IMG/VR virus record: IMGVR_UViG_3300032030_000073
Location: 4,086 to 68,085 of that record
Origin: a virus
Taxonomy: Duplodnaviria; Caudoviricetes
DNA: 64,000 nt
Strand: one strand, 5' to 3'
How positions within the stretch are numbered: position 1 is the first letter of the stretch; each line of letters starts with the position of its first letter. The position numbers and the translations under genes are program-made. This document shows positions 43,501-52,169 of the stretch, piece after piece. The notes under the pieces were generated by a model. The model ran no database searches. It saw only the letters and a list, made by a program, of their open reading frames with translations, and was not told where the DNA came from.

Positions 43501-45450
43501 CGCAAGTTCCCCGAGCGGGGAGTTGATCTGCGTCATGGCGGTGAAGTCCTGGTACGCCCTGTTGATCGAGCGCAAAGCCTGTCCGGTTTCGGACGCCATG
43601 AACTTGTTGAACCTCTTCGTGCCGAACTCCCTCACCGCGCTCGGCGTCGCCTTGCCGAAAGCCCACCCCGTCGCCTTGCCCGCGCCGCGCAGAAGCCCCA
43701 TCGTGACCGATTCAAGCCCCACCTCCACGGCGGTGTCGAATATCGCGCCGCCGATTGCCTTGTACGCGGCTTCCTCCTCGTCGTCGGGGGCCGCGACCAT
43801 CTTGAACTCGCCGTTGTCGTCAAAACCGTACTCGGGCGTGACGTTCTCCTGGTAGCGGGACATGGCCTCCGTCGCGACAACAGGCACGGCGGAGCCGAGC
43901 ATGGTGGCCGCGCGCACGGCCTTTGCGCCCCAGTTGAGCGCCTGCGCGCCCTTGAACATCGCACCGCCGGGGAGCGCGAACTCCAGCGCGTAGCCGCCCG
44001 ACTCGATGCCGCCCTTCACGATCTTGTCGAGGATGCTCTGCTCCGTCGCGGACAGCTTTCCGCCCGCGTCGAGCTTCGCGATTGCGTCAAGGCGCAGCTC
44101 CTCTCCCGCGTCGTGCTGGATGCGGCCCATGAACTCCGCGTCGTTCTCGTCTGGACGCAGCGATTCAAGCGGGTTCCACGGCTCCAGTCCCGCCTTGCGC
44201 GCGGCGTCGCGGTATTTCTCCGCTTCCGTCTTGCCATCGTAGCCGTCCAGCTTGCCTTCGTAGATGTTGGAGAGGTGTCGCGTGCGCTCGCGCTGCTCGT
44301 TCGGGGCCGAGCGCCCCGCATACGGCATGAGCCTGTCGTACACGGCCTTCGCCGTGCCGAGCCAATCGTCGGTGTAGCGGCGCCTGTCGCCAGTCTCCGC
44401 GAGCGCGCCGAGCCGGACCTGCTCGAACGGCGAGCGCTCCACCTTGCCCTCGCCCTTGCCCATCATGCGGTCGAAGTCCTCGTCGCGGACGTGCAGCTTG
44501 CCCGCCACCATCGCGCCCTCGGACGAGACGCCTTCCGTCTCCTTGAACACGGGCTTGCCGTCGTCACCAACGCCGGTGAACTCCATCAGGCGCGCCGCCT
44601 GCCCGGCCTCGCCCGTGAACGGCCCGTCTCCCTCCTTGTGGTAGACGGCTATCGCGTCGCCGGGCTTGATGGCGTTGCCGTCGGCGTCCTCCAGCACGTC
44701 TCCAGTGAGGAACAGCTCGGGCGCGACCTGCGTGGTCTTGTTTTCCAGCTCCCGCTTGCCGTAGACCGGGCCTGCGATGGACTGCCCGAGCAGGACATTC
44801 TCGTACTTCTTGGTCGCCATCTGCGCGGCCTTGTCGCCAGACTCCTTGACTCGCGCCTCGCGTTTTCTGCGCGCGCGTTCGCCGCGCACGCCTGGGTCGT
44901 GGCGGATTTCGTCGCCCATGTCGTCCCAATGCGACTGGATGTATTCGTTCCAGCCTTTCTGGTAGGCTTTCTGGTGCTCGTCGTGGACGGCACGCGCCAT
45001 CTTGCGCGCCGAATCCTCGTCGTCGGCCTTGCCCCAATGCTCGCCCGTATCGGCGTAGTGCCTGACGGCATCTTCCTGTGACAGCTCCTTGCCGTCAACG
45101 ACCATGGGGATTACCGCAATCTTGCCGTCGCGGTCTTGCACGAGCATTGACTTGGTGGTTGAGTACCCGCTGACCTTGCCGTTCGCGCCGCGCCGGATGA
45201 GCGGCTTGCGCCCTTCCGTGCGCAGATTGCCGCCCCATTGGTTCGTCTGGCCATCAGGCATGGTGGCTGCGCCGCCGTCGCCAGACTCCCATGTGGGGAC
45301 GGGTTGTGCGTCCGCAGAAGCTGACGCCACGGAACCAGTTTCACCAGACGGCCCACCCTCGTCGTCCTCTATCTCGAAACCGCCAAACGCGGAAGAAGAG
45401 GACGGCTTCTTCTCGTCGTCCTCTATCTCGAAACCTCCAAAATCTGCCAT
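34534..45450 (-). CDS. Giant (3638 aa) polyvalent internal-virion/ejection protein: metallopeptidase-like HExxGH, ParB-like and ART-like domains
   Basis: LAHEATGHEG (about 42490), IVTGRHRLDAA (about 41610), IGTGEGSQVYGWGLY...GIDGVKY...NYVAF (38640-39560); last gene of the late operon after two other ejection-type genes. Confidence 0.85.
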   Translation of the reverse strand: MADFGGFEIEDDEKKPSSSSAFGGFEIEDDEGGPSGETGSVASASADAQPVPTWESGDGGAATMPDGQTNQWGGNLRTEGRKPLIRRGANGKVSGYSTTKSMLVQDRDGKIAVIPMVVDGKELSQEDAVRHYADTGEHWGKADDEDSARKMARAVHDEHQKAYQKGWNEYIQSHWDDMGDEIRHDPGVRGERARRKREARVKESGDKAAQMATKKYENVLLGQSIAGPVYGKRELENKTTQVAPELFLTGDVLEDADGNAIKPGDAIAVYHKEGDGPFTGEAGQAARLMEFTGVGDDGKPVFKETEGVSSEGAMVAGKLHVRDEDFDRMMGKGEGKVERSPFEQVRLGALAETGDRRRYTDDWLGTAKAVYDRLMPYAGRSAPNEQRERTRHLSNIYEGKLDGYDGKTEAEKYRDAARKAGLEPWNPLESLRPDENDAEFMGRIQHDAGEELRLDAIAKLDAGGKLSATEQSILDKIVKGGIESGGYALEFALPGGAMFKGAQALNWGAKAVRAATMLGSAVPVVATEAMSRYQENVTPEYGFDDNGEFKMVAAPDDEEEAAYKAIGGAIFDTAVEVGLESVTMGLLRGAGKATGWAFGKATPSAVREFGTKRFNKFMASETGQALRSINRAYQDFTAMTQINSPLGELAEENVQAFEKVIGLDGKSSEYKGLAQEWQDFKDNQLNWQTQWDIFYGLVAQLAIGAVKSTSEGVAQHISSADARRDIRMALKRSGISDETISTLTPEQQQKLTEMWQQYSADPDKLKEEVKNLGYSMRAAVDELTARDGLKMRQSLEQRGIAPERFTIQTGEDGKPVFQQMMRFTPDGKQAPMNAMTDAAHGVTIVDQGDGTFYVMNDFRGLDAVPAYSFEEAQKKADEEVVRNQSMDADNAQKAQYLTGLVQRQYAGRNVVSIPSEAALRWQVAQAINDGGNIYGITRADQLFKADGSLKQPGAGGFHTPDGHIVVILDNVPSPAEMERVLAHEATGHEGVESATGRGANTVEFIQNAQAEGFSKFVLAEQERAVQRFVAAGMDEDTARMQVAAAMSMDEYAREAMARYAQGRLHQPTWYEKRKHELNQRRRDAGENVPIDQSDLEVMLAEAEKQGAQGENELETLPGDSGVRYEEGVTDEARNGTDEAQPQPEQGEERGQEAPQPEAGAEPGAQAPDAGVVEPSKSDNGGQNLNTAERPAPADTIGGDAGRQPMSESSFWNVMHRKGERRRVPVDGIKIPDTQFKENADPKTGVVKGQELGEYYENAENPIAIYERKDGTMEIVTGRHRLDAAKRSGWKDIDARIFREADGYTPEDMRLYDAVANILDEKGTVKDYVRFFEESGFSEEDAKSSGILNRQKGRMAFGIVQNATDDTRGAIDWEGTGGDGLISAEQAAIIADAAPKQAALQRILVRRALDGVRGKKLAILARSLAEEAKNRKNAPKADSGTQLDLFTSEEDVALLQQEEKRADYRAKKANEYKRIAENLRTAMRKGGRLDLNKDYAKELGISDPKDKAQLAAARDKAVERANYWENAIRLDDADKAQMDADLGIAPQLSLESVTAEQITAEEKKRREKAEIKKRQEAPLKGSGAVNVQPEMDLGQTGQQDLFSPIAESEATAPAAKEKAAERPAEYLAWLEKYKMKDTDGRFAEWQRKQAARKPAKAALASAPRADGTTTPPKSADAPQVVKTTRDGESVRIVQNGREYEVELPDVKFPKTFTKATSKADWEAKMAEAKKIADELKKKAPFHSVINPKTGKYYANGSEIARQRQREVAAYEEAVRRATNQAFDEIGEYDDSWDEAPASAPQGGESAENAAPAAKPTATRPVSPVFTGEKPQKPAFKRGDRVFLKGAKDGQRVTFLKANADGTADVQVRTPGANRYAPEKVETRTVPMGDISATGMKDTLTGEERNAYRRGVAEQTREAMRSDPALQRIDAAYRAAKTDAERAELKAQFAERVRALQGGVDFDTPGIYTGTAADYANRSRQGGVDDGPSVKYIGTGEGSQVYGWGLYGSTERGVAEGYAHDDSLRKSGLAQDPGYDMPENGFPKWAIDSAREKLRKHGWNQTSRQKAIEEVSEAIDKHKSLAHDKFAEGLEVVKDILEKSTWHDAIIPKGYGTNNHLYEQTFFTNRAPGDESHLLKWYEPVEQELVNRIIDKAKEEGVIREDEYGRTDEDGKILLWADDGTGHYYQPVTLNGGYININVKTGEDLYKLTCQFFPRTSNRPKAASEFLARAGIDGVKYPVDSYGKTLKDGDKAGWNYVAFSDEHIRVDHKWTDGVLQFDTPELSADYSSVPERLDHSLWWISTHDEQMLNDIAALRKTAKRNIKAGADDTPSESEARDLKRRINEDNAKAREQKRLAEEDPLNVDYYKKRETYYREDAKELRDQLKELKRNGIGEDREEIDWYTNGDLLEILDSIESGEASISMHFDPYAIGPGEAGPFAEALKNLVESGNFKGEDLERLNRVAQKINDAYKAIERDIEDPRGPFGESLVSFDTPELTPAEAEYAASEDKTPTEKIMREVYGMTNDEIATALKAAGMEPPAHVRKTDADMWRQVETLLSNPTYMAKLSRAVAKFPRPTRDYENVALNVLFRQRQAAVNDLERRRAELAAIPEDDMNKTPELRDELRQVSAKLAQAKAQMAEAGKAAMMGASEQGRALRSNRALIAAHDYSYAGIAGRIAQTLGGIDKITPEMNARIRDLAKLFEGLDEEGLRLATERLIPLSKKVIDQTKNGLKVRKATERKVGDVARKVAQNYQDALTQIEVGAAETGGTLIGLSDQQYPSWGKWLRQIGEYHCFLNPEITEEEVIDAIVRDISPFMDGVDANQVRDALTGFGHNYKQSRYDAQRLMNSLRNISRSKRQIDWMDETNTMPPATGPIRDEPTQDEREWAKRVRDRKAEVPDAGRDERRLKSTLDTIKRNLENRIADLKRAIETGERIPVPKRKVVDDIRVRELRAEKDELQKQYDELFGTTREMTDAQRIALTEKLLAKELERAMEDFARAQSGDFSKRPQRPGVTSETIETLRDRIRQVRESIRELKNAKYAFGMTPEEIEALNARKMASREKALARLAERIATGDIRPQKKPQPPMTKDQQKRYDELGEQMKRGRQKLAELRLEAENATVPTFVRKGVNFLRFVTTAQRALRATMDFSAVLRQAARMTLGHPVKAARSFGKAWTAARSEASLLDVNTEILSDPTVQEAVKKFGLHLREVDAQSDRDVEMFHGMERNKVKIFGKEYAITDIPLFGEFMLKSERHYLTYLNAMSADLYTSIVNGIPGGATPWQKKMIADMINIWNGSAALSKERRQALQKAWVNDIFWAPQLAISRVQSAVGYDIWHPLVAKGIKNADGSFDKVSNDERKTAAKIGLREHLRSTVAMLAIGSLLKWLFSDDDDKYDFSQADWFEKMMMIASPKIGNTTIDLTGGESTFNRLVHQLATKSKRSSTGRVMKFGDFNGPTTMGAIGRYLQGKLSPSASTIVALWEGKDYVGEEYGVGNMVWEMLVPLTFDDVKDQIVQNGVGKSLVTVPLSILGAGGSTYDRKPYDNAVNRFLEEKRAYDAISKDAELTQSERKELLDGMKSESPLMADSVRGDIDARIKAVNRLERKAKDIEKKGGTPTASLTNEIERQKSILLDKIRRSRRK

Positions 45451-45464
45451 CTTGAATCCTCCGT

Positions 45465-46943
45465 TTAGACGCGCTGCCAGGTGAGCTTGCCGGGGTTCTT
45501 CTTGCTAGGGAGCAGTTTCATCCTGATTCCGTTGATCTCCTGCACGTCGCCTTCCTTGAACTGCCTTCCGTCGCCGCCACCATTATCGCCCGTCTTTACC
45601 TCTGCTTTACCGGACGGCGACGGGGGTTCCGGGATTTTTTCACCGCGTTGCTTCAAGGACTCTTCAATTCGCTTGGCGTGCTCCCTCATGGCGTTGCGAT
45701 CGGTTTCGTCGTTCAGCAGATCGTTCGCGAACCGAAGCGCCTCGACATATTCGTGGGTCGTCGGCGGCCTTCCGCCTATCGTGCCCCTGCTCTTCATTTC
45801 CGCCATCTTGGTCTTCAGCTCGTTCGCCTGCTTCGCGCGCTCGTTGCGGCCCTTCTCGTTCTCGGCCTGCTGCGACTCGACGGCCTGGTTGTGCCGCACG
45901 GCCTCGGCGAGCTTCTTCTCGTCGACGTCGTACCCCTGCCGTTTCAGCTGTGCCGTGAGGTCGGCAACCGAAAGCCGCGTCTCGTTCTGCGCAGCCGCCC
46001 TCTCACTCTTCGCGTTCTCCTGTATCTGCGCGACGCGCTCCTTGTCGCTCACGCCTCGCGTCACGCTCTCTATCGTCTGGCCCTCCGGCACGAAAACCAC
46101 CTCGCCGGTCTTGTCGTTCTCGTAGCGCGTCCCGCGCCGCCCGTCGCCGTGCGACCCGCTCGACAGCACCTTCCACCTGCCCTTGTTGTCGGGCGAGCGC
46201 GTGCCGTAGCCCTCGCGCGACACGCTCCCGTCCGGGGCGATGCTCGTGTTAGAGAAGCCGCCGCGCCCGTCGGAGCTGAACACGGCGCCACCGCGCCTCT
46301 CGGGCGTCCCCATCCACGAGCCAGGCACGCGGATCCCGCCAGTAGGCGACCTCTGGCCGACCGCCGCCTCGCCCCACCCCTCCGGCAGCTCGGGAACGTA
46401 CTTGTTGGCCATGTCCATCGTCCAATGGTTCTTGCGGATGATGTTCTCCCTCAGCGACATCATCTCGTCCCTGTTGAGTATTCCGGGGTTCTCGCGCGAC
46501 ATGTTGTAGATGTCGGCGGCGGACACCTCCTTCTCCTCGTTGCTCATCTGCCCGGTCTGCGGGTCCCTGCTCGCGATTCCGAGGACCATGTTGAAGTTGG
46601 GCGTGACGCCCGCGCTGTACATCGCGCGCGTGTTCATGTCGAACCCCAGCGCGTCGTTGACGCCGGGAACCATCTGCTGCGGCATCCTGTTGTGGTTCAT
46701 CAAGGAGTATTTGTACGCGGCAAGCAGGTTCACGGCGCCGTTCCTCGCGCGCCGCGCCCTCTCCATCGCGTCTTTCTGCATGATCTGCCCGTAGTTGTCG
46801 AACACCGCGCGGTTGCCGTTGACGATTCCGGCCATCATCTCGGCGCGTCTCTGCATCGCCGCGTTCTCGCGCTCCGCGTTCTGCTGCCGAAGAGCCGCGT
46901 CCCAGCCGTTTTCGCCAAAACCATTTTCTTCCATCTCGTCCAT
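45465..46943 (-). CDS. Probable ejection protein 2
   Basis: 492 aa, helical and low-complexity, lies between the Ala/Gly-rich gene and the giant gene; C-terminal ...GKLTWQRV. Confidence 0.7.
   Translation of the reverse strand: MDEMEENGFGENGWDAALRQQNAERENAAMQRRAEMMAGIVNGNRAVFDNYGQIMQKDAMERARRARNGAVNLLAAYKYSLMNHNRMPQQMVPGVNDALGFDMNTRAMYSAGVTPNFNMVLGIASRDPQTGQMSNEEKEVSAADIYNMSRENPGILNRDEMMSLRENIIRKNHWTMDMANKYVPELPEGWGEAAVGQRSPTGGIRVPGSWMGTPERRGGAVFSSDGRGGFSNTSIAPDGSVSREGYGTRSPDNKGRWKVLSSGSHGDGRRGTRYENDKTGEVVFVPEGQTIESVTRGVSDKERVAQIQENAKSERAAAQNETRLSVADLTAQLKRQGYDVDEKKLAEAVRHNQAVESQQAENEKGRNERAKQANELKTKMAEMKSRGTIGGRPPTTHEYVEALRFANDLLNDETDRNAMREHAKRIEESLKQRGEKIPEPPSPSGKAEVKTGDNGGGDGRQFKEGDVQEINGIRMKLLPSKKNPGKLTWQRV
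45582..45611 (-). promoter_or_regulatory. Late-promoter-like motif, copy 3 (inside the upstream CDS, before the giant gene)
   Basis: Minus strand GGTAAAG-CAGA-GGTAAAG-ACGGGC-GATAAT. Confidence 0.55.
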
Positions 46944-46956
46944 TTCTCGTTCCTCC

Positions 46957-48549
46957 TTACTTGTTCATGTCTCGCCACATCTGGAGCTGCGCGTCAGTCT
47001 TCGCGTCGCCAGTCTCAAGAAGCTCTCCGCCGACGCCGTAGTGGCGTCCCGTGTTCGTGCTGACCGACGAGCCGCCGCGCGTCATCGCGCTGACGCGCGT
47101 CGACTCCGTGGAGTTCGTGATGTTCGCCTGCTGGAGCTTCGCGTTCGTGATCGAGTTGCCCGCGCTCTGCGTCGTGCCGGCGAGGTTGTTGTACGCGCTC
47201 GTGATCGCGTTGCCCGCGTTCTGCGTCGTGTTCGCGAGGCTCTGCTGCGCTCCGGCGATGTTCGACCCCGCCGTGTTCGTGACGCCGGCGAGCGTGCCGT
47301 ACGCGCTTGCGACGTTCGACCCCGCGGTGTTGTACAGCCCCGCGAGGACGTTGTACGCGGAGGCCAAGTCCTTGTTATGCCCAGTAACGAGGTTGGACGC
47401 GTTGCCGTAGATGTTCGCGACGGTGTTCCTGCCCGCCGCGACGTCGCCGAGCACGCCCGCCTTGTTGCCCTGAAGCGTTGCCGCCGTCCCCTGGAGCTGG
47501 CCGGAGCTCTGCAACACGCCGGCCGCCGCGTTCTGCGCATTGACCGCCGCTCCCTGCCCGGACGCGCCGATGGACGCGAGCTGTCCGCCAGTCTGGAGGA
47601 ACTTGTTAGCGTTGTTCGCGATGAGGTTCTGGAACGCCGTCGCCTTGTCGTTGATGCCGCGCTCCCTCGCGCGCGTCATGGCCGCCGCCTTCGCCACGGC
47701 GAGCCCCTGCTGGAACAGCTTCTGCAACTGCGCCTGCGCAGAGCCGCCGGACGGGTTCACGCCCTGCCGCGCGAGGTTGCGGTTCATCTGCCCCTGCGCG
47801 TTGTCCATGCTCTTCTGCACGTCCTGCGCGGCCGACGCGACGTACCTGTTCGGGTCGATCTGGCCGTAGACGCTCAACGCCTCCGCGACGAGCGGCGACG
47901 CGCCGGCGTCCATGTTGATGAAGCCGATGCCCGTGCCGAGCGTCGCGAGGGCCTGCTCCGTCACCTTCGTGCCGCTCTCCCACATCTGGTCGCCGTAGCC
48001 GCCGAGCTTGTCCGCGTACGGGAGCATCGCGGTCGCCGCGTCGCCCACGCCCCTGATATACGGGTCCATGCCGCGCGCGGCGTCCTCCGCGTCGTCGTAG
48101 CCCCTGTTCGCGGCCTCGGCCTGCGCGATCATGTTGTTGTAGGCGGAGTCCACGACGCCGCGCCCCGACAGTATCGCGTCGACGCCGCTCTGGCCGGACG
48201 AGATCGCGTTGTCGCCGTAGCTCGTCGCCGCGTCTACGCCGCTCTGCGCGGAGTCTATCGCGCGGTTGCCGTAGTCCTTCGCGTAGTCAACTGCGGCGCT
48301 CGACCTGTCTATCGCGTCGTCTCCGTATGTCTTCGCCGTGCCGACGCCGCTGTTCGACGCGTCGATCGCCGCGTCGCCGTAGGACTTCGCGGAGTCCACT
48401 GCGGACGCCGCCTGCGAGCGCGCCGTGGTAATCGCGTCGTCCAGCGCGTTGCTTGTCGCGCCGCTCGTGCTGGTCCTGCCGCTCGACAAGTCCGCAAGGC
48501 CGTCCACTTTCGCGTTGAACCGCGAATTCTCCAATATGCTTTGAGCCAT
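46957..48549 (-). CDS. Probable ejection protein 1 (Ala/Gly/Ser-rich)
   Basis: 530 aa from ATG 48549 (GGAGG RBS, ATGA coupling); AAQDVQKS...RNLARQGVNPSGG motif; 18-aa repeats. Confidence 0.72.
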   Translation of the reverse strand: MAQSILENSRFNAKVDGLADLSSGRTSTSGATSNALDDAITTARSQAASAVDSAKSYGDAAIDASNSGVGTAKTYGDDAIDRSSAAVDYAKDYGNRAIDSAQSGVDAATSYGDNAISSGQSGVDAILSGRGVVDSAYNNMIAQAEAANRGYDDAEDAARGMDPYIRGVGDAATAMLPYADKLGGYGDQMWESGTKVTEQALATLGTGIGFINMDAGASPLVAEALSVYGQIDPNRYVASAAQDVQKSMDNAQGQMNRNLARQGVNPSGGSAQAQLQKLFQQGLAVAKAAAMTRARERGINDKATAFQNLIANNANKFLQTGGQLASIGASGQGAAVNAQNAAAGVLQSSGQLQGTAATLQGNKAGVLGDVAAGRNTVANIYGNASNLVTGHNKDLASAYNVLAGLYNTAGSNVASAYGTLAGVTNTAGSNIAGAQQSLANTTQNAGNAITSAYNNLAGTTQSAGNSITNAKLQQANITNSTESTRVSAMTRGGSSVSTNTGRHYGVGGELLETGDAKTDAQLQMWRDMNK

Positions 48550-48722
48550 CACTGCCTCCTCTCTGTTGCCTTCAACCTCGCCTCCGCCGCCGCAAGCCGC
48601 CTTGCGAGCGCGCGGACGTTCTCGTTCAGCTTCATCACCGCGTCGCGCGCCTGCAAGTCCGCGATGTGGTGGAACGGTATTGAGCCGTGCGGCAGCGCCG
48701 CCATTGTCTTCTCGTTTGCCAT
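48549..48722 (-). CDS. Small coiled-coil virion-associated protein (57 aa)
   Basis: MANEKTMAALPHGSIPFHHIADLQARDAVMKLNENVRALARRL...; absent from the ORF track; coupled at both ends. Confidence 0.6.
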   Translation of the reverse strand: MANEKTMAALPHGSIPFHHIADLQARDAVMKLNENVRALARRLAAAEARLKATERRQ

Positions 48723-48725
48723 CAG

Positions 48726-51700
48726 TTAGCCTCCACGACGTTGGTCGCCACCACCACGGCGTCGATCTCGACGTCCGCGCGGACGGACACCTGCCAGAAC
48801 CGCTCCGGGCGCATCCTCGGGAGCCGCCGCGCGTCCTGCTGCGCGACCACAACGCCGTGCGTACGCCCAGCCGCCTCGTCGGGCGACGAGTACGTCCACA
48901 CGTCGGCGTCCACGGGATAGCCAGTCGCGTCCACGCGGACGGCAACGGGGTCGCCGGGGCGCGGCATCGTCATCACGCCGCTCTTCCACTCCATCGTCTT
49001 GTTGCTCTTCGCGCCCTCCCACGCGAAGACTGCGTTGTCGTCAAGGCGGAACCACGCCTCGAACACCTTGTCCGCGCGCACCTCGAACGTGTACTCCTCG
49101 GAAAGCGACACGAGGATGCCGCCGCTGTACCAGCCCGCGAAGACGTATCCGCCCGACGGATCGGGGATCGCCTTTATCGTGGTCGTCTGGTACACGCCTT
49201 GGTTGGGCGTGAAGCTCTTCTCGTGGACGTCGTGCCCCTGCTGGTCAGGAGGCTCGCCCTTGAACACGGCGCGTCCGCCAGCCGTCGCAAGGACGAGCGT
49301 CACCTTCGGAGACGAGAAGACACCCCAAGTAGACGTGACGAGAACGTTGCGCGAAATCGTGTACTCCATGTTCGGCACGACCGCGCCCTTAGTCGGGGAC
49401 ACCCCAAGCGGGAGCGGCTCGCTCTCGGACTCCTTCCGCTCCAGCGCATCCGCAGCGGAGGACTTCGTTGCGAACAGCCGAACGGTCGTGCCCTGCCTGA
49501 TTTTGTACCAACTCGCGCTGGAAACACCTTCCTTCACGTCGGACGGCACCGTTGACTCATCCACGGGCGCGAACACCCCCGTCTCGCCCCCCTCGTACGC
49601 AGCGGTGGTCGCGCCCACCGTGCCGCTCGCGCCACTCTCCGCAACGTCCACGCACGCAAGGTACACGTCGTCGGGGTTCGCGGAGAACGCAACGGCATAC
49701 GCGCCGTTCGCGCTCGGCGAGATCGTCGCACCAGCGCCGTATGGCGTCTGGCTTGCGCTCCCGCCAGTCGGCGTGAACGACATGCCCGTGAAGTGGTAGC
49801 CCTCGTCGGCGGTCGAGACGACGCGCATCGTCGCGCCGAGCGGAACCTGGAACGCACTGGTCGGCGCATCGACATTGCTCCCGAGGACGGACACCGCGAC
49901 CGAGCCGCCAGTCCCGCCCGTCACGGTCACGTCATGCGCGTAGTGCGCGTAGAGCGCGATGTCGCCCGACAGGGTGACTTGGTAGCTCGCGGAGGTCGAG
50001 ACCGGCGTTGCCGGCGCGTCCGCGCTCTCGCCCCATCCGTAGAACGACTGACCGGAAGTCTCCGTCCCAGCCGAGAACGTCACCACGTCGCCGACCTTGC
50101 GCGCCGTCTCGGCCGGCTCGATCCTGACGGTCTCTGCAACACTCGCCGACCCCGTGCCCTTGTAGACTGACGCGCTCACCACGTTACGGTCGTAGTACGC
50201 CGTGACCTCGATGTCGGCGCCGGGGACAACGAACTCCACCGTACCGTCCGCAGACGGCGAGATTGGCCCGCTCCAAGACGCTGAACGGAAGTTGGCGAGC
50301 GTGATTCCGTCCGCGCTCCCCGCGCTGACCGTGACGGACGCGCCCTCCATGACGTCCACGCTCGCGGTCGTGGCGGGTTCGCCGTCGTTGATCCTCACAA
50401 GCGGCGCGGACGCGACGGACGGTATCACGCCGTCGTTGTCGGTGCAAGCCGTGCTGACGGTGAGGTGAACCGTCTTGAGCCAATACGCGTAGAGAGTCGC
50501 GTTCCCTGCCGTTGTCCACTCGGAGTAGGCGTACCCGATTGGCGAGTAGACCCTCGTGCCGGTGCCGTTCGCGCCCGTGTAGTAGCCACGGAAGACGTAG
50601 CCCTCGCGGGTCGGGACTGCGACCGCGCCGGGCTTCTCGCCGTACTTCACGGTCGCGCTGCCAGACCCGCCGCTCCCGCCCGCGTCGTTGAGGGTCAGCG
50701 TGTAGGTGTTCGCAGACCACCTCGCGTAGACCGTCATCGCCGTCGCGGTCGAGGACGGAAGCCCCTTGAATGACGTGTTTGTGCCGCTTGTCGCGTATGA
50801 GCCGTTCCAGTACGTCCCGTCCACAGCAAGGGCGTTCGCGTCGTAGACCATCTCGCCGCCCGACGCCGCGTCGTAGTAGCCGAGGAAGGTGTGCCCCGTG
50901 CGCGTCGGGGCCGCGAGGACTGCGCCGTTGTAAGTGCCGACTGCAAGCGCCTTGTCGGGGTAGGTGTAGATCTGTCCGGTCGAGCCACGGAACGTGAGGG
51001 ACGCGCCGAAGTCTATGCGGATGTTGTAAGTCTTACCCGTCCAGTACGCGTAGAGCGTCGTCGCGCTCGTCTTATCCCAGTTCCGCGCGCTCGCGCCGCC
51101 AGACATGTAGTACCTCGTGCCGCCGCCGCTCGCCGCCGTGTAGTAGCCGTTGAACGTGAAGCCAGTGCGCGACGGCACGGCGATCGTCGGCATCGCGGCG
51201 TCGTATGTCGCCGTGACGGAGGACGTGCCGCCCGTGCCGCCCTGCCTGTCCAGCGTCACCGCGTAGGTGTTCGGCGTCCAGTACGCGTAGAGCGTCCTCG
51301 CCTCCGCGATGTTCCACGCCCTTGCGCTCGTGCCGTTGGAGTTGTAGAACTGCACGCCCTGCGAGGGAACCTTCGTCGTGTAGTAGCCCTTGAACGTGTA
51401 GCCCGTGCGGGTTGGCAGGGTGATCGCTGGCATCGCGGAGCCGTAGGTCGCGGTCACGGATGACGAGCCGCCAGTCCCGCCATTGTTGTCGAGGTTGACG
51501 GTGTACGAGTTGCCAGTCCACTTCGCGTACAGGGTCATCGCAGACGCGATGTCCCATACCTTCGCGCTTGCGCCGCCAGCAGTGTAGTATTGCGTCCCGC
51601 CGCCGTTCTGCCCCGTGTAGAAGCCGCCGAACGTGTAGCCGGTGCGCGTCGGCATCGTCGCGTACGGCATTGACGAGCCGTATGTCGCCGTGACGCTACC

Positions 51701-52168
51701 AGTGCCGTTAGAGCCGCCAGCCGCATTGAGGGTCACGGTGTAGGAGTTCGCCGTCCACTGCCCGTACACGGTGATGTCGCTCGTTACGTTGGTGAATGCG
51801 CCGCTCCATCCAGTGAACGTGTACCCCGTCCTTGACGCAGTGGGCGCGGTCGCGCTGTTTCCGTAGAGGACGGTTTGCGACTTCAGCAAATCCCCGCCGT
51901 TGTAGCGGTAGAAGTTGACGGTGAACTGCGCGGTGTAGATTTTGGCGTCAATAGAATAATCGTCAGTTATTTGCGCCGTGTAATCGCCCGTGATTGAGAC
52001 GACAGAACTTGTCGCTCCGTAAATCTTATTGGTGCACGTTATCGTGATCGGCAAAGGGTAGTTTGTGAATGTAACCTCTTGCACGCCGCTGTATATCGTC
52101 TGCCCGTTCTTGTTCTTGACGCTGAATGTTCCCGGGCCCGAAAGACTTACTTTCCCTGTATATCCCAT
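48726..52168 (-). CDS. Ig-like repeat stalk (about 6 Listeria-Bacteroides/InlB-B repeats plus about 5 divergent repeats) fused to the nozzle C-terminal fragment
   Basis: Repeats of YTVTL..GG..G...V.ATYG...PTRTGYTF.GYY...TLYA.W; the last roughly 95 aa are AWEG...MEWKSG...ATGYPV...RLPRMRPERFWQVSV. Confidence 0.82.
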
Positions 52169-52169
52169 C

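Noticed and set aside
35059-48729. Long plus-strand ORFs (35059-35910, 35971-38394, 43303-45081, 45648-47063, 46795-48729)
   Set aside because: Antisense shadows of the ejection-protein genes, caused by GC3-rich codon usage
48550-48945. N-terminal extension making ejection protein 1 662 aa
   Set aside because: Overlaps two better genes; the RBS and ATGA coupling point to ATG 48549
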